Source: Octopus sinensis (taxonomy: Eukaryota). Taken from it: DNA of 58,944 bases. The notes under the pieces are model-generated. The model searched no databases. It had not been told where the DNA came from and saw nothing but the letters and a program-made list of their open reading frames with translations. The stretch is from the NCBI RefSeq assembly GCF_006345805.1, contig NW_021824665.1, positions 1 to 58,944 of the forward strand, given 5' to 3'. A program made the translations under genes and the position numbers. How positions within the stretch are numbered: position 1 is the stretch's first letter; each line of letters begins with the position of its first letter. Positions 1 through 13,683 of the stretch are shown here, piece by piece.

Positions 1-29
1 TCCATAGAATCTTTACGTTGTCTTTTTTT

Positions 30-330
30 CTAAGATGATCATATGTGGAGCTGAAGCATTTGTAAAGCAGTCGTGTGTACGTTGTTACGTTTCCTAATGT
101 ATTATGTTGAAGCTAATATGGGACATCCTCATACAATATGTTGAATAGTTTCAGAAAATAGACCACACAGGTGACATATCTTATTTGTGTTACAGGAATC
201 ATGGGTGTTCCCCCATAATCTACAAAGAAACGCTGACCTCTTTCTCTATGGCAATTGTTTGTTCATTCTGTTGCTTCATTCATTTAAGCTCCATTTATTC
301 ATTCACGTCCGACTCAGGTCGTTAATGATA
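30..330 (-). pseudogene. Decayed R4/Dong-like (RLE-type) non-LTR retrotransposon fragment, CCHC zinc-knuckle region
   Basis: Minus-strand manual translation near 190-80 gives NKICHLCGLFSETIQHIV*GCPILAST*YIRKRNNV, a C-x2-C-x8-H-x4-C knuckle with the ET..HI..GC..LA motif; two in-frame stops. Confidence 0.7.
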
Positions 331-974
331 TATGGGGCATTCCGTTCAAAGCCGTACTGAATATATATAAAGGGGAATGCCGTTACAACTATTGTGCATT
401 ATTCTTGTATTATATATATAATATCGATGTAATTAAATCCGCAATAAGCATGAACGTCTGTTTCCTAGTAGATATTAACACGGATGAAGCGAATATTTTG
501 CGTGGAGATACCACTGACGCAACGGCATGTATTTATATAATATTTTGTATAAAATACACAGTAAGTGCGATCGTTGGGGAGCGATGAGTATAGGCATTGG
601 AAAAGCACGATAAAGTTTGCCGGCCGGTGTTGTTTTCTGAAGGCACCGAATAAATGAAGACGGATATCGGAATGAATTTACAGTTTGTATTCCATAACGG
701 ATGTATATGTGTATGAATATCTGAGAGTGTATGCGCGTGTGCGTGCTTGTTTATGTATTTGTGTGTGTGTGTGTGTGGGTGGGGGTGGGGGTAAGTGCAT
801 GAGTGTGTATTTTGTTGTGTGTAAGTTTTGGATGTAAGTATATTTGTACGTAAGGGCGTACGCGCATTTAGACAAATATCAATACCTGCAGCAATGATGT
901 ATACGTCTTCCTTTCTTTGAGTGGTTGAGTGGGTGTAATATACGTGTATACAAATATGCATGCACACTCATATA

Positions 975-1325
<351 letters not shown>

Positions 1326-1761
1326 GCTACATCAGGATGTACCGGCTTCCCTTGAAAACACGTTATTGATCACGCTTTAATGTTTTCGTACGTAAAAACA
1401 AAAAAACACAAAAAATGCTAAAAAAAAAGAAAGAAAGAAAAAGAGTTCTTGCAACAATGAAACAGCTATAAAGTTGGTATTATAATGAAACAATCGTATA
1501 TGCTTGCACTTCAAATATACCTGTTAACAAGCTGAAAGCTCTAAAGAATCAGTCAGACAGATGCCTCTTTCGCAGACGGTTTTTCAGTAATATCAAGTAT
1601 CAAAACAAAGACGAGGAACAGTGGACATGCAATCATTATTGTAATATATAAATAAATAGAAATTTAAGTAGGGAGGCTTATTAATAGCACATGTTCATGG
1701 ACAAGCTAATTGAAGTACAGAACTATGTATGTGTATATGTGTCTATGTGTGTGTGTCTGTG

Positions 1762-1796
<35 letters not shown>

Positions 1797-1971
1797 TGGA
1801 ATATATGTATAGACATATATTTACACAATGTCACATATGCGGGAAACACGTATACACACAAACATAAACACAGTCACACACACACACATATATGGACATA
1901 TACGTATATATGCATACATAAATACATAAATAAACTTATACGTACAATATATATATATATATATATATAAG

Positions 1972-2005
<34 letters not shown>

Positions 2006-2042
2006 CACATATATATATATATATATATATACATATATATTT

Positions 2043-2077
<35 letters not shown>

Positions 2078-2199
2078 CTTATAAGTTTATACATGCATAA
2101 GTACGTAACTGCGTATATAGACATAGTGAGACGGATACACGCATACACATGCGCATGTGAGAATACATCCTCATATGTGTGTGAATAAACAGGCGCATG

Positions 2200-3428
2200 C
2201 AGGGTGAGGTGAATACATTGTCGTGTAAATTATGCAAAAAACAAAAATAATACTGACAACTTATTTTGACAGATTTATTTAGACCAAAATGGCATAAAAT
2301 ATCTTAAAATATCAAAGAGTAAATTTAATCAATAAAATCGCCATTGCCTTCAAATCACGGTCTCCAGGCGACTTCAGAATCACCTGCATCTCTTCTAAAT
2401 GGTCTTCGTGTTTAAGTTGGTCAATGCTGCCATAATCCTTGCCTTCAGTTCATCTTTGGTGTTAAAGGAGTTTTCTTGGTCTCTCGCTTAACTGCGCCCC
2501 ACATATAAATAAATCAAGAGCATTGTAGTCTAGAGAGTTAGGTGGCCAGGTGTTAGATGTGATGTGGTCGAAGAAATTGTCTGACAACCATGACTGGGTT
2601 CTCCTGTTTGTGTGACATGTTGCAGAGTCCTCTTGCCCTGACGTAGGGTTTTCCAGCAGTTACCTTCTTGCCCCAAGGCAGCGCTACCTCCTCCTCCAGC
2701 ACTTGATGCAGGTCTCCGCGTAGAGTCTGAGGCCGCGTGGAAAGATTGAAAGAGGCATAACGTTGCAATTACTAGTGATCATTCCAAAGATCACGATATT
2801 TGATTTTTTATCACTCACGGTACATGTTTTAGGGACACGGCAAATCAACGGTCGTTCACTGTCTGATCTTGGTATAAGAGAAAAAACCCAAAAGAATGTT
2901 CGGTTGGAGATGCTTGAGTTTGTTCAAAAGCTTCGTAGCATAGGCTTTACTCATGTCCTTGAAGGGCTGGGATAAAAATTGGCCCTTTCTCATCTTGTAT
3001 GAGGAATACCGAATGTCTTCATGCACTACCTGCCTGAAAAAGAAAAAAACTAAGACACTCCCATGTCCCTGGTGATGAACTTGATTGACTTGGAGGGACC
3101 GTTGTCAATCACGGACTGGATTTCAGCAACAAATTTAGGAGTACTTTTCTTATCAAAACGACCAGAGGGAGTTTTCCGAGATGCGGTACATTAGCAATTA
3201 CCATTAGACTTAGCCAATGCTTTTCGAATCCTATGCATCCTCCTGAGATTGACACCCAAACACTCTGACATGTTCGTACCGGCGCGAATAGCATGCAGTA
3301 TACTGTTTGCAAGGTTTTAACATAGTAAATTGCATCACGGTGGTGGTTTTCTCACAGATGATGTCCAACTGACCCTACGGTACTGTGTAGTCGTCAAATT
3401 CAAAAACAAAGAATGCACATGCGCGAAA

Positions 3429-3430
<2 letters not shown>
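2200..3430 (-). mobile_element. Degenerate Tc1/mariner DNA transposon (probably DD37D/maT-like), transposase pseudogene
   Basis: Minus-strand fragments: an HTH-like LHAIRAGTNMSECLGVNLRRMHRIRKAL; IVIFGMITSNCNVMPLSIFPRGLRL; AGKPYV..DSATCHTNRRTQSWLSDNFFDHITSNTWPPNSLDY, matching the QDxAPxH and WPPxSPDLNPLD motifs. Many frameshifts and stops. CAGGGTG at 2200 is a possible terminal repeat start; the other end abuts (TA)n. Confidence 0.85.
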
Positions 3431-3474
<44 letters not shown>

Positions 3475-3627
3475 ACACTAATATGCTTGAATTTACTGTT
3501 TTTTTTTAATTTTGTGAGTTACAAGGACATTTGTGCTAAACTAGTAATTATAGTCTTGTGACATAAAGCTATGTCACTACAGTTCCTGACGTTTTTAACA
3601 ATGAAACCTTAGTGAAAGAAAGGAAAC

Positions 3628-3691
<64 letters not shown>

Positions 3692-3899
3692 TTGTATTTA
3701 TATATATTTATAAATATATATATATATATATATATAATATATATATAGGAATATATTATATATATCTATATATACCTATCTATCTATCTATCTCTCTATC
3801 TCCCTCCTCCTCTCTATATATATATGTATGTATATGCGTGTGTGTGGTGTGTTTCTATATGCATGTATATATACATACATACATATAAACACACACACA

Positions 3900-3948
<49 letters not shown>

Positions 3949-4341
3949 ACAATTTAGGGGAGATTGTTATTTTTCAGTATTCCTACATGCAATAATAAAT
4001 CTCTGACCAATCTTTTTTCATCTTGATAGCCACAGCAAGTATTTGCTCTCTAAATTGTAATATTAGCAACTATTTTTTTCTGTTTATATTTATTTTCGTA
4101 CCTTATATTTAATAAATACCAACGATTATTAGTTCTTGTGCAAACACAAGTCCATTTTACGGATCTTATTCTCTCTTTAAACATGTTTTAACCTCTTTAA
4201 CACTTGTTTACGTTAACAATCCAATAGCCAATCTTTTACAATATCTCCTCGAGATTAATTTCATTCTCATGTATAAAATTTTTGAAAATATACACCACAC
4301 TTAGTATTGTTTCTAAGTGTCAGGTCATATTTTAATTCAAA

Positions 4342-4738
4342 CTTGCAGTATCGCCCGGCGTTGCTCGGGTTTGTAAGGGAAATAACTATATAAGCATTTT
4401 TAGAGAGATATAGCCAAAAAATAGCAAAAAAGTGCACTAAAAATGGAAAATAATTTATGGTAAATTTTTTTTTAAATCGTTGACTCATCGTAGACATTTT
4501 TAGAGAGTTACTTCCCTTATATAATAGCGAAAAAATGCATTAAAATGGAAAAAAATGATGGTAATTTTTTTTTAAATCGTAGACTCATCGTAGACGCACG
4601 CTAATACCCAGAAGGGCTCGAAATGAATCACGACTATAAGATACCCGGTTTTGGTTAAACTGCACCGCAAAATGTGGGAGTAGTTGGGAATCTAAATCGT
4701 AGGAGACATTCACACAACTTCAATTTTATATATAAAGA
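4342..4738 (-). mobile_element. Non-autonomous Helitron
   Basis: Minus strand starts TCTTTATATATAAAA and ends with a GC hairpin (CCCGAGCAACGCCGGG, 4369-4354) about 12 nt before a CAAG terminus (CTRR-like, one mismatch). It sits between A and T with no TSD and has an internal ~100-bp tandem duplication (about 4440-4495 vs 4542-4595). Confidence 0.75.
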
Positions 4739-5212
4739 TATAGCCATGCCATTCCATTGGATATTTCTAGGCAATTTTACCCTACGCGACTTATTTGGAG
4801 TTAGTATTTCTAATCTCCATACTCATCTATACAGGGAACGTCTCTAAAACATCCTTTAATTATATTTTCAAATAATCGTTACAGGCTTTAATTTTAGTTA
4901 ACTGAACTCGCATCCCTTTTATTCTCATAAAGATAAATGCGAATCTCCTAGGAACTATTCTATTTCCTTTCTCAAGTCCTTTGTAAAAATGTTGCTTATA
5001 CTTCTTGCACTGAAGTGTACAGTGATATATAAACAATTTAATTAACTTAATTATTTCTATTCAACCATGATTTTGCATGATTTTTATTTCGCTGTACGAA
5101 ACGATCGTCTGCACGAATTAAACTTATCTTATATATTCTAACATCTTCTCTTCTCCATTTCAAACAAAATTGTTGAGTTTTATGGGATTATTTTCCATAA
5201 ATTCACCAGACA

Positions 5213-5248
<36 letters not shown>

Positions 5249-5250
<2 letters not shown>

Positions 5251-5890
5251 AAATCGTGAAAACATTAAACAGAAGGAAAAGACGATAGCACACAACGGCA
5301 AGCAGGACAAAACAAGTTTCACGGATCATTCGCAGCCAATTGCTTCTTCAGTCGGAATATGGAACATCCACGTAGTTTCGGCCTATTCTCTCCTGGACTA
5401 CACGAAACCAGTTGGACCAAGGGCTTAAGCTAAAGACGTTAAGCCCTTGAGCAAGGCAAATGAATGTACATTTACAAACACAAGGAAATAACAAACAGAA
5501 GGGGTCTTCCGACTACCGGATGAACATAACATAAGAAATAGATTTACACTTATACAAAAAACAAAAGCCTTTCGGCTATACGGAAAAGAAGAAGGAAAGG
5601 AAACAAAACAAAATCTTTCGACTATAGGACAATGTAGGAAGCTAGCGCAAGGAGAAAGGAAATTGAAAAATTTTAACTGACCGGGTGGCGAGACAAAACA
5701 ACAGATGCGACTGACCTCAAAGCAGTCAGCCGAAAAATGACAACGCATAAGCCGGACGGAGATCACATGTTAGTGGAGGGGAGGAGTTGAAGAAGGCAGA
5801 GAGAGACGAAGAAATGTGAGAGAAGTCGCTACTACTTACATTTGAAGTCTTCTTTGAGCAGTCAGTTGTCTGCTTACCCGGAAAACATAA
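5249..5890 (-). mobile_element. Unclassified repeat adjacent to (TA)n with a degenerate hammerhead-like core (possibly Penelope-related)
   Basis: Minus strand near 5351-5325 reads CTGAAGA-A-GCA(ATTGGC)TGC-GAAT; purine-skewed body on the + strand. Confidence 0.35.
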
Positions 5891-5893
5891 ATT

Positions 5894-6118
5894 GCGAGCT
5901 GGCAGAAACGTTAGCACGCCGGGTGAAATGCGTAGCCGTATTTCGTCTGCCGTTACGTTCTGAGTTCAAATTCGGCCGAGGTCGACTTTTCCTTTCATCC
6001 TTTCGGGGTCCATAAATTAAATACTAGTTACGAACTGGGGTCGATATAATCGACTTAATCCGTTTGTATGTCCTTGTTTGTCCCCTCTGTGTTTTGCCCC
6101 TTGTGGTAGTAAAGAAAT
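5894..6118 (+). mobile_element. SINE family A (tRNA-derived)
   Basis: Head GCGAGCTGGCAGAAACGTTAGC, B-box-like GAGTTCAAATTC, conserved core CCTTTCATCCTTTCGGGGTC, tail AAAGAAATA; many copies in the window. Confidence 0.9.
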
Positions 6119-6872
6119 ATATTAGCAACAAGAGTGGAAATTAATAGATCTAAGTTTTCACAGCTCCATCATTACATCTTCATAATCAGCCTAGGAACAT
6201 TTCAGCCCAGGCTCTAGTATCCTTACATATTCATAATGATATAAGCCTAGAACTGCAATAGATACAGACGGTAAACGACGAGCCTAAACCAGAATAGATA
6301 TAGACTGTAAAGGGAAATATCATCCCGGATTCTATGATGATCTACCATTCACTAGTTATCACACACCTCAGTTTATGCCGTCTTTCAAAAAACCTAGGCA
6401 TACATTAAGAGGTTAATTAAATGTAAAGATTGTCCGAGCAAAATTTCCTAGATTTTAGAAAATATCCCAAATTTTCAAACACAGGAATGGTTAAATTTAT
6501 TTAAATCATACAACCCAGAGCTGTCTCATTTTAATACAAGAAATAATGTAAGAATGTTTGGTTTTGCGAGTTTCTCTATGCTTGATCACGTGCACTACAT
6601 TAACCAGCGGGAAGCAACCGTAAAACATACAACTATAGACAAACATCATATCTTCACTCTCAAAATACCCAGCTGATTAGAAGCAAATATGAAGCGTCTC
6701 GGAATATAAAACTCTGAGTATCAAAGAAGTAAATTCAGTGATAAATTTTTCAACTACGAATATAAAAGTTTATTATATTTAGAATTAATATTTCATAGTG
6801 GAATACATGACCTTTGCTTTATTCCATTTGCACACACATCAATATATATATATATATTATATATATATATAT

Positions 6873-6904
<32 letters not shown>

Positions 6905-7003
6905 CATACATATATGCATACATATATATATATACATACATATATATATACATATATACATATATATAAATATACATATATACATACATATATATATATA
7001 CAT

Positions 7004-7034
<31 letters not shown>

Positions 7035-8063
7035 CACATCCACACATATACACACGTACATATATGTGTGTGTGTGTATGTGTGTACAAATGTAGGAACA
7101 AAGAAACCCAGACACGCACACACATACAAATACACACATATATTTAAATTTATATTTACGTGCATGTAGTATATAGGCAAGCATGTGTGTGTGTGCGCGC
7201 ATGTGTATGTGTGTGTGTGCGCATGTGTATGTGTGTGTGCACATCCTGGTATGTGAACATATGTAATCCTCTTAATAGACTTTTTGTTTGCAATTTCTGT
7301 GTAATAACCTCACTCACCATTGCATCTATTGCGTCTGTGTGCATTTGACTCCAACAGATATTGTGAACGTGCATTTTCCTGCATATGTGTAAGCGTGTTT
7401 GCACGCGTTTCTCTACGTACACCCGTGTGAGTTTCATAGTGTATGTGTGTGTGTTGGTGTGCATGAGTATGCGAGTTTAATTGTATGTGCGCAGATATAT
7501 TGTAAAAATGGTGGTCTGTCGAACAACATAGGGAACGGATGAAAAAGTAGAATGATATTCACGAATGCATTGAAGATAGAGCCAGCGATTTTATCACAGT
7601 TAATTTTAGGTCATTACCTCTGATGCGATGTGGTGGTGGAGGAGGGGAGGGGGATAAAAATATAGGAAATAGGGAGAATGAGACAGAAAGGGCAATGAGC
7701 GAAAGAAGAGAATATGGTGGAGGAAAGAGGGAGAGAGACGAAGTGTAAAGAAGCGAATGGTGATGAATCCATTAGGCGCCATTGTTGAATTGAAGTTTTA
7801 TGAAATTTAATCACTTTCGATTAGAACAACCCCAACCGAAACACCCCAACCGCACACACAGAGTACATACATACATACAATATATATATACATACATATA
7901 TATGTATATATATATATATAATATATTATATATATATATATATTACATGTATATATACACATATATATATGTATCTATATATAAATGTGTATATATAATA
8001 TATTATATATATATATAACATGTATATATACACATATATATATGTATCTATATATAAATGTGT

Positions 8064-8098
<35 letters not shown>

Positions 8099-8214
8099 CA
8101 TATATATATACAATATATATATTGTATCTATATATAAATGTGTATATTATATATATATTATATATTATATATATATATACATGTAATATACACATATATA
8201 TATATCTATATATA

Positions 8215-8245
<31 letters not shown>

Positions 8246-8659
8246 CAAATGTATATATGTATACATACATTGTACGCATATATACTTATGTATTCATATA
8301 CACGTACAACTGAATATATTTATACATTGTATTCATGTTTGTGTGTGCACGTAATATATCTGGATGCATGTGTTTAAGCATGTATGTGCGTATGTATGTA
8401 TGTATGTATGTATGTATGTATATACGCATGCAAGCATGAATGCATACAAGTATGCATGAAAGCATGCATGTATGTATGTGTGTACGTATGTGTGTGTATG
8501 TATGTATATATGTATGTATGTATAAACTCAATGCACTCATACACTGCGACACATATAAGATTTCCATAATCTTAGTTATCAGATATTTAAAAGTCATGAT
8601 TACATATCAATCGAAGAGCGGAAATAAGAAGCGAAGAAACAGAACAACAACAACAACAT

Positions 8660-8709
8660 TATTATTATCATCATTATTATTATTATTATTATTATCGTCA
8701 CTAATAATA

Positions 8710-8754
<45 letters not shown>

Positions 8755-8777
8755 TAATAATAATAATAATAATAATG

Positions 8778-8816
<39 letters not shown>

Positions 8817-8943
8817 TAATAAATAATAATAATAATGATAATGATAATAATATATAATAATAATGATAATAATAATAATAATAATGATAATAATAATACT
8901 AATAATAATAATAATAGTAATAATAATAATAGTAATAATAATA

Positions 8944-8974
<31 letters not shown>

Positions 8975-9020
8975 TGATAATAATAATAATAATAATAAAA
9001 TAATAATAATAATAATAATA

Positions 9021-9068
<48 letters not shown>

Positions 9069-9072
9069 TATA

Positions 9073-9149
<77 letters not shown>

Positions 9150-9190
9150 GTAATAATAATAATAATAATAATAATGGTAATAATAATAAT
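8660..9190. repeat. Long imperfect (TTA)n/(TAA)n microsatellite
   Basis: Read directly; source of the poly-I/N/L/Y pseudo-ORFs. Confidence 0.97.
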
Positions 9191-10097
9191 CATTGCGACA
9201 TTGATGACGACAACGAGTAGTAATGATAAGCATGTTTTAAACATTAAACATCACTTCTCATTCGGAAATATTTTGTGATTCTCGTACTTAACTCTCAACA
9301 GCAGTGCTAAAACCTTGTTTCCTTTTGTTATGTCCTATGTCAGAAGTTATCAAATGTATACGAGAGACACCGCATTATAATTGAAGCATAGTTTACCACG
9401 GGCTACATAATCCGATATGATCTTCAATTTTCCTTAAAAGCGATAGGCTTAAATTTCACAGAATTTTTACACACTATTTCCTACAGGTAAAGAAACCTCC
9501 CTGCGGTTCCCTCTTATCTGGTTCTTTAAAAAATTGTTTGCTTTTTTATCCCACGTCCAAACTATATGAAGTAGATTTCTATTGAAAAACCTTCCAATTC
9601 GATTCCGTTTATTGTTTTTGTATCTAGCGTTTTATTAGAAATTGCGTACATCTGCTTTTTCATACGTTAAGTAGTTACATGATGTCAGGGCATGTCCCCA
9701 TGGCCATAAAAATATCATAATGGATAAATATTTTAAAATCAAATTTAAGTATGTTTTTAAAATGGCATGACTATGAAAATCACTTTCGGCTTTCAGTATA
9801 TTTTCGGCAAATGGCCAGTCGTTCATAAAGGGCGAGAAGAATGGGAAACTATAGCACGTTCAAAGTAATAAAGTTAGAAACATTAAGGAAAGTTCCAATA
9901 TATTTAAAATATGAGAGATTTTTATGTATTTCAGGTACGTGACAATGCAACATATATGAAACTTTGGAGATTGTAATATATTTTAAGTATGGAAAACTTT
10001 AATATATTTATAGTAATTAAGGCTCCAAAGTAGGAGACAGTAAGATGTTTAAAGAATTGAAGTGTGGAATTGGAAAGTATTTGTAGCAAATTTACCC

Positions 10098-10210
10098 CAT
10101 GTTAAGCCCTTCGCTCCTGATGGAGAATAAACTTATTCACAACTTTACTCCACTGTCTTCGTATCTCGGTTGTCATTTCTGATTCTCTCCATTTGAACCC
10201 TTGCTTTTTC
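10098..10210 (-). mobile_element. Highly decayed RTE-like LINE 3' end
   Basis: Minus translation QGFKWRESEMTTEIRRQWSKVVNKF resembles the RTE C-terminal W.E.....DR..W..V pattern. Confidence 0.4.
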
Positions 10211-10891
10211 AATTTCTGATAAAAGGCCTTTCTCATCTAGGTCTTGTTGGTTTGATTCGTCATCGATGGCTCTATACCTTCGCTTTGTCCTAGTTAGAGG
10301 ATTTTGTCTCTACGTAAACCCAATTTACCTCTGGAAAGAGCTGATCCATATTAGCTTGGCCACACTCATTTTACGTATTGAGTGCAGGATGTTCTCCAAC
10401 AGTTGTTCCAACCGGAATGACACTTTGGCTTATTGAGGTACCAGGCAACTACACAACAACCTGAACTGAGCATCTGGTGGATTAAAGAGTCGAGAATACT
10501 CTAAAGAACTTAAAGCATGGTAGGAAGTATTATATTTCAGTAGGAATATTTTACATATTTAATATACGCATGTTATTTACATTTAAGTTGCGAAATACAG
10601 CAATATATAAGGTATTTCAAATAAATTATTCTGGCATAAAAGTGCATACGGACACATTCACTCGCACATAAACACGTTAATGCCTACCAATCATAAGCAG
10701 TGTGGCAGAGTTTACTTATTATATTAGTATTAATATTGTGATTAGTTTTGCAGTATCTCGTAATAATAAATTAATTTAACCAGAAACTGTCGGTCAAAGT
10801 AAGTTAATAAATCTAATAGTTACTCATGTTTATTCTAAGGACGCGTTTTGATAATTTGTTCGAAGAAATTGCTATGTAATAAGTTAAGTTC

Positions 10892-11115
10892 TGGAGGCTC
10901 ATGGCTTAGTGTTTAGGGTTGTTGGACTCATGATCATAAGATTCTCGTTTCGATTCCTGAACCGGGTGATGCGTTGTGCCCTTGAGCAAAACGCTTCATT
11001 TCACGTTGCTCCAGTGGCAAAAGTGATTAATCCTGCGACGGATCGGTGACCTGTCATGGTGCAGAATATACACGCCACTGAAACCAGGAAACCGGCCCTT
11101 AAGAGCCTAGCATAG
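10892..11115 (+). mobile_element. SINE head D + tail X
   Basis: A box TGGCTTAGTG, B box GTTTCGATTCC, body GTGCCCTTGAGCAAAACGCTTCATTTCACGTTGCTCCAG, tail GAAACCAGGAAACCGGCCCTTAAGAGCC. Confidence 0.8.
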
Positions 11116-11409
11116 CTGAAGAAGAAATACATGAAAGTAGAGAAAACAAATTTCTAATTGTTTATATCTCATTTTCTTAGAATTAAGGCACGTAAATTTT
11201 CTGTATATAAAATACGACGAGTATACTAATTGCAAAGACACATTTGAAAAGTGTCTGAAGTTATTTAGATTTTTACAGGTGTCATTCAGGTATTGTTGAC
11301 TCAGCCGTCTCAAAGCTTGGGCACAGAGAATACTTATCAGGCTCTCACGCATCTAAGTGCCCAGCATTGATCTTTCCCGTCTGTGTGGCTAATAAAGACA
11401 CATATTTGT

Positions 11410-11585
11410 TATTTTCTTCAGTTACTCCGGTAGAGTCTAGTCGTATAAATAGACACCAAAATTTATTCTTTAAATCTCTTGTTTTTCACGTCGTGCTCTT
11501 TTGCCGAGACGTTGAGTTACGGTGAAGTAAACAAACTAACACCCGTTGGGAAGCGGAGCATCAAGTGGAAACACAAACAGCAATA
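11410..11585 (-). mobile_element. Decayed SINE family B 3' fragment
   Basis: Diverged match to CTCTTTTGCCGAAC...GTTACGG...GTAAAC of family B. Confidence 0.55.
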
Positions 11586-11716
11586 CAAAAACTCTCAAAC
11601 TCAAACAGAGAAACTTGTACATACGTTTATATCTATCTATCTGTCTGTCTCTCTCTCTCTGTATCTATCTATCTACCTATCAACACACACACACAAACGC
11701 ACACACACACATACAA

Positions 11717-11786
<70 letters not shown>

Positions 11787-11830
11787 AATATACAATTATT
11801 TAAATATAATTGTAATTACAAGTATAAGAA

Positions 11831-12039
11831 TATAACTATAATGAAGGGCGACGGAAGGCCAACGCCAATACACTAAAAGTAGACGTTAAATGCCTACGAA
11901 CCACTCAAAATTTGTACTCTTTTTTGACAGAAGGTTGAATGCGAGGCCTTGTGTTAAAAAGAACAAATTCCGAGTGGTTTGTAGATATTTGTCATTTACT
12001 TATAGCGTGTTGGTGTTGGCCCTCCAGCACCATTGATTA

Positions 12040-12047
<8 letters not shown>
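11831..12047. mobile_element. Foldback (palindromic) MITE-like element
   Basis: The ~100-bp left arm (GGAAGGCCAACGCCAATACACT...GACAGAAGG) is an imperfect reverse complement of the right arm (CCTTGTGTT...GTGTTGGTGTTGGCCCTCC); loop about 12 nt; TA-rich ends. Confidence 0.8.
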
Positions 12048-12119
<72 letters not shown>

Positions 12120-12120
12120 T

Positions 12121-12441
12121 GGGACTCCACCGGTTACGACGACGAGGTTCCCAGTTGATAAGATTATCAGAACTGCCTGCTAGTTAAATTAACGTGCATG
12201 TGGCTGACCACTCCGCAGACTCGTATAACCTTAACGTAGTTCTCAGGAAGTTTCGGCGAGAAAAACAGTGTGACAAGGCTGGCCCTTTGAAATTCATGTA
12301 CTACTCATTTTTGCCGGCTGAGTAGACTGGAGTAACGTAAACTAGAGTGTTTTGCTGCAGGACCCAACGCGTTGCCAGGAATTGAACCCACAACCTTGCG
12401 ATCGTGTGCCGTATATGCTCAGCACTAAGCCACGCGCCCTC
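12121..12441 (-). mobile_element. SINE head D + tail Y
   Basis: Minus head GAGGGCGCGTGGCTTAGTG...GGTTCAATTCC. Its tail (TTCAAAGGGCCAGCC...CTCGTCGTCGTAACCGG) matches 58720-58892. Confidence 0.8.
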
Positions 12442-12555
12442 AAACCCCCGCACACGAACACATACTGTATATATCTATATCTATCTATCTATATATATGT
12501 ATGTCTGTATGTATGTATGTATGTATGTATGCATGTATATGTGTGTGTATACATG

Positions 12556-12602
<47 letters not shown>

Positions 12603-12624
12603 TCTTCTGTTTTTAATTATTTAA

Positions 12625-12800
12625 AGCCTTCCTTTGAGGACTCCTCCCGTCTACACTTTCTGTCTACCAAATTCCCTCACAAGGTATTGACCTGTTTGGT
12701 CGCCCCGGGGCTATAATAGAAGATACTTGCCCAAGGTAAAACGCAATAGGACTGTATCACGTGGAAGGAAAAACGGACATCTTAACCCTCCAGCCATGCT
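12625..12800 (-). mobile_element. Decayed SINE family B 5' half
   Basis: TCTACCAAATTCCCTCACAAGG...ACTTGCCCAAGG matches family B. Confidence 0.7.
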
Positions 12801-13172
12801 TGCACGTATGCATGGTGTCCTTGCCATTATATAAATATCATACGCCTGAGTGTATGGATTTGCCTGTGGGCCTGTAATAATGCTTACGCAACTATGAATG
12901 TTTGAGGAATATCTTGCAGTCTGTTGCTATGTTTAGATTCGTTTAGTCCGCAGCTGATATTACCCTTTACTTTGTCAAATCGATGGAATCGATTACTGAT
13001 GCTCTAGACATATTTTTCCCCCACCACTAATTATAGAAAACATATTTTGAAATTAAAACAGCTATATACATATTAAAACAGGTATATAGATATTTCCAAA
13101 ATTAATTAGCAGAAACACAAACATATTCAATTCCAACATACACATGTAGGTATGTATGCATACATACAACTA

Positions 13173-13234
<62 letters not shown>

Positions 13235-13627
13235 CTCTCTTTCTCTGTATATATATAGTAATTAGTTGAGTCAATATTATACACGTGTAGACAGAATTTG
13301 ACGCACGTCAATAAACGTTAGTACAAACACATACACACTCATTGTATCCCTGACAGCTATTCACTAATTGGCAATATTTATAGTTGTAACAGATGTGTAT
13401 ACGAATGCAAGCAAATATTCATTCACAAAGATACGTATCAACGCACACCTATAAACATACATACAATCTTACACATACACGTACAAACCTAGACATATTT
13501 GAGCGATCTATACGTACCTAAACAGAGACGCGTACAATAACACAGACATAAAATGCTTAATTAGCGGACGAGTTCAAAAATAGTATACACATGCATACAC
13601 TTATATATAAGCATACAAGCACACAGA

Positions 13628-13674
<47 letters not shown>

Positions 13675-13683
13675 TATATGTAT

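Noticed and set aside
405-680. Possible exon ending at a CA|GTAAGT donor near 560
   Set aside because: No clear acceptor, recognisable peptide or partner exon.
8600-9278. 200-aa poly-I/L/N/Y ORFs
   Set aside because: Products of the (TAA)n repeat.
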